Shown: positions 57,203 to 58,369 of the stretch, piece by piece
How the letters are laid out: each line of letters begins with the position of its first letter
Numbering within the stretch: position 1 is the stretch's first letter
Assembly: GCA_000708835.1 (NCBI GenBank)
Contig: DF237522.1
Location: forward strand, 1-58,369
Direction: 5' to 3'
Length of the DNA stretch: 58,369 bases
DNA from: Klebsormidium nitens
Taxonomy: Eukaryota; Plantae; Klebsormidiophyceae
Translations under genes and position numbers: made by a program
Notes under the pieces: generated by a model
The model's input: the letters and a program-made list of their open reading frames with translations, nothing else
Told to the model about the DNA's origin: nothing
Database searches by the model: none

Positions 57203-58369
57203 CTGTATCGTGCATCCGTCCATTCCGTCCCGGTGCTGGTTCCGCCGGAATCAAACCCGTGTCTGAAAAGCGAAGGGAATCTGGTCAAAGTCTGAGGCAG
57301 TACCAAATCCTTCGAAACGCTTTGCTTGTAAGTCACAAGTCCCAAAAGGAATGCCTTCACTTACCATATTAGAAAAAAGGAGCTCACCACTCCTTGATCG
57401 AGAGCCTGTACAAGAGAGAGTGGTTTTCTTTCACCCCCACGAGATTCAGAGAAGCTCAACGATCCTGAACGAGCCGGCCTTAAAGAGCGCTTTGCAGAGC
57501 GCACTATGCTGTATTTTGCAATCCACTTCGTCTCCGTGTCTAGAAGGTGAACGCCATGTCGACCGCAAAGCTGGTTCCAACAACCAATCGAGCTCGCACT
57601 CAACAAGTAAACCTTGTTGCAGTCTGTCCATTACTCAGTGTACCCAATCCACAGTTTCAGCTTGTAGACGTGGCCCTGCTTGACGTTGATAGAAAGATTT
57701 ATCGAGCTGGTATGATGCTTTAGATGCTATATTATCTCCCTTTTCCCCCTCCGCTGGAAGTTGACAGTCACAAACTGCCCAATTTGCATGCAGGTGTGGA
57801 AAACCCTTCAAAGTTGGTGAGAGATCAAAGAGACTTACCGCAGTCTCTGGCCTTTGAACTGATATCACCCTTCTTCTTTTCTCTGCGTTCCTTTCTTCGC
57901 TCCAATAGCTTGCTTGCTCGTTTTCTTGAATTTCAGTTCTGCAAGTGCTGCGGACAAAAGTGTACACTCTCGACGTCCGGCCTGAAGCTACAGGTGTTCC
58001 TACGGCTTCAGAAATAAGTGCAAGTCGATCGCTGCAAGCATAGCTAACTTCTACAGCACGTCCAACTCATCAAAAAGAGGAGCGAATTCACCACCTCAGC
58101 TCTGCGCATCTTCTGACATCCTGATTCGTCGGGTGACAACTTCTGCGTCTCGGACGTGATCTATGAAAGAATCCTGTACATCATCAGCTCTAGTTGCATG
58201 CACAAGCAATTGCAAGCCTGGACTGACTCACGCTGCTGGTACGCCAGATGCACGCAATCAGTAGGTAGTGTAAAACACACTGATTTCCTGACAGCATGCG
58301 CTGGAATGACTGCACATGCTACCTGCATGCAAGTCGAGACCAGCCTACACAAAAGGATGAACAATCTGA

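Noticed and set aside
57635-58066. Open frame with a strong donor at 57839/57838 as a possible first YHS exon
   Set aside because: There is no in-frame ATG and no homology, and several alternative acceptors exist, so it cannot be supported without cDNA.

Overview
This is intron-rich eukaryotic genomic DNA. The gene content is plant-like, so it is most likely a streptophyte green alga resembling Klebsormidium (inference, not verified). There are two N-gaps (9651-10502 and 41440-42011). I reconstructed 11 protein-coding genes by hand from GT-AG junctions and reading-frame phase: HID1(+), a 2-exon TFIIB(+), MsrA(-) head-to-head with an h-type thioredoxin(+), a DUF1336/EDR2-C protein(-) head-to-head with a Gfo/Idh/MocA oxidoreductase(+), an atypical CDPK(+), a small class I SAM methyltransferase(-) head-to-head with MZT1/GIP1(+), a tafazzin-family acyltransferase(+), and a spliced bacterial-type YHS (seleno)protein-family gene(-). 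I recognised no rRNA, tRNA or CRISPR array. Five signals are least explained. (1) 'Exon-edge echoes' are pervasive: decaying tandem copies of splice site plus exon edge stacked inside introns, with 7 extra copies at one HID1 acceptor, 7 at a YHS acceptor, and copies at most CDPK exon edges. (2) Telomere-like spacers are polarised, G-strand after donors and C-strand before acceptors. (3) CATG/GCATGC palindrome-rich islands occupy the intergenic spacers. (4) A ~200-bp fold-back MITE-like family is present in two copies. (5) The YHS Cys/Sec-family gene sits in an alga and has introns.
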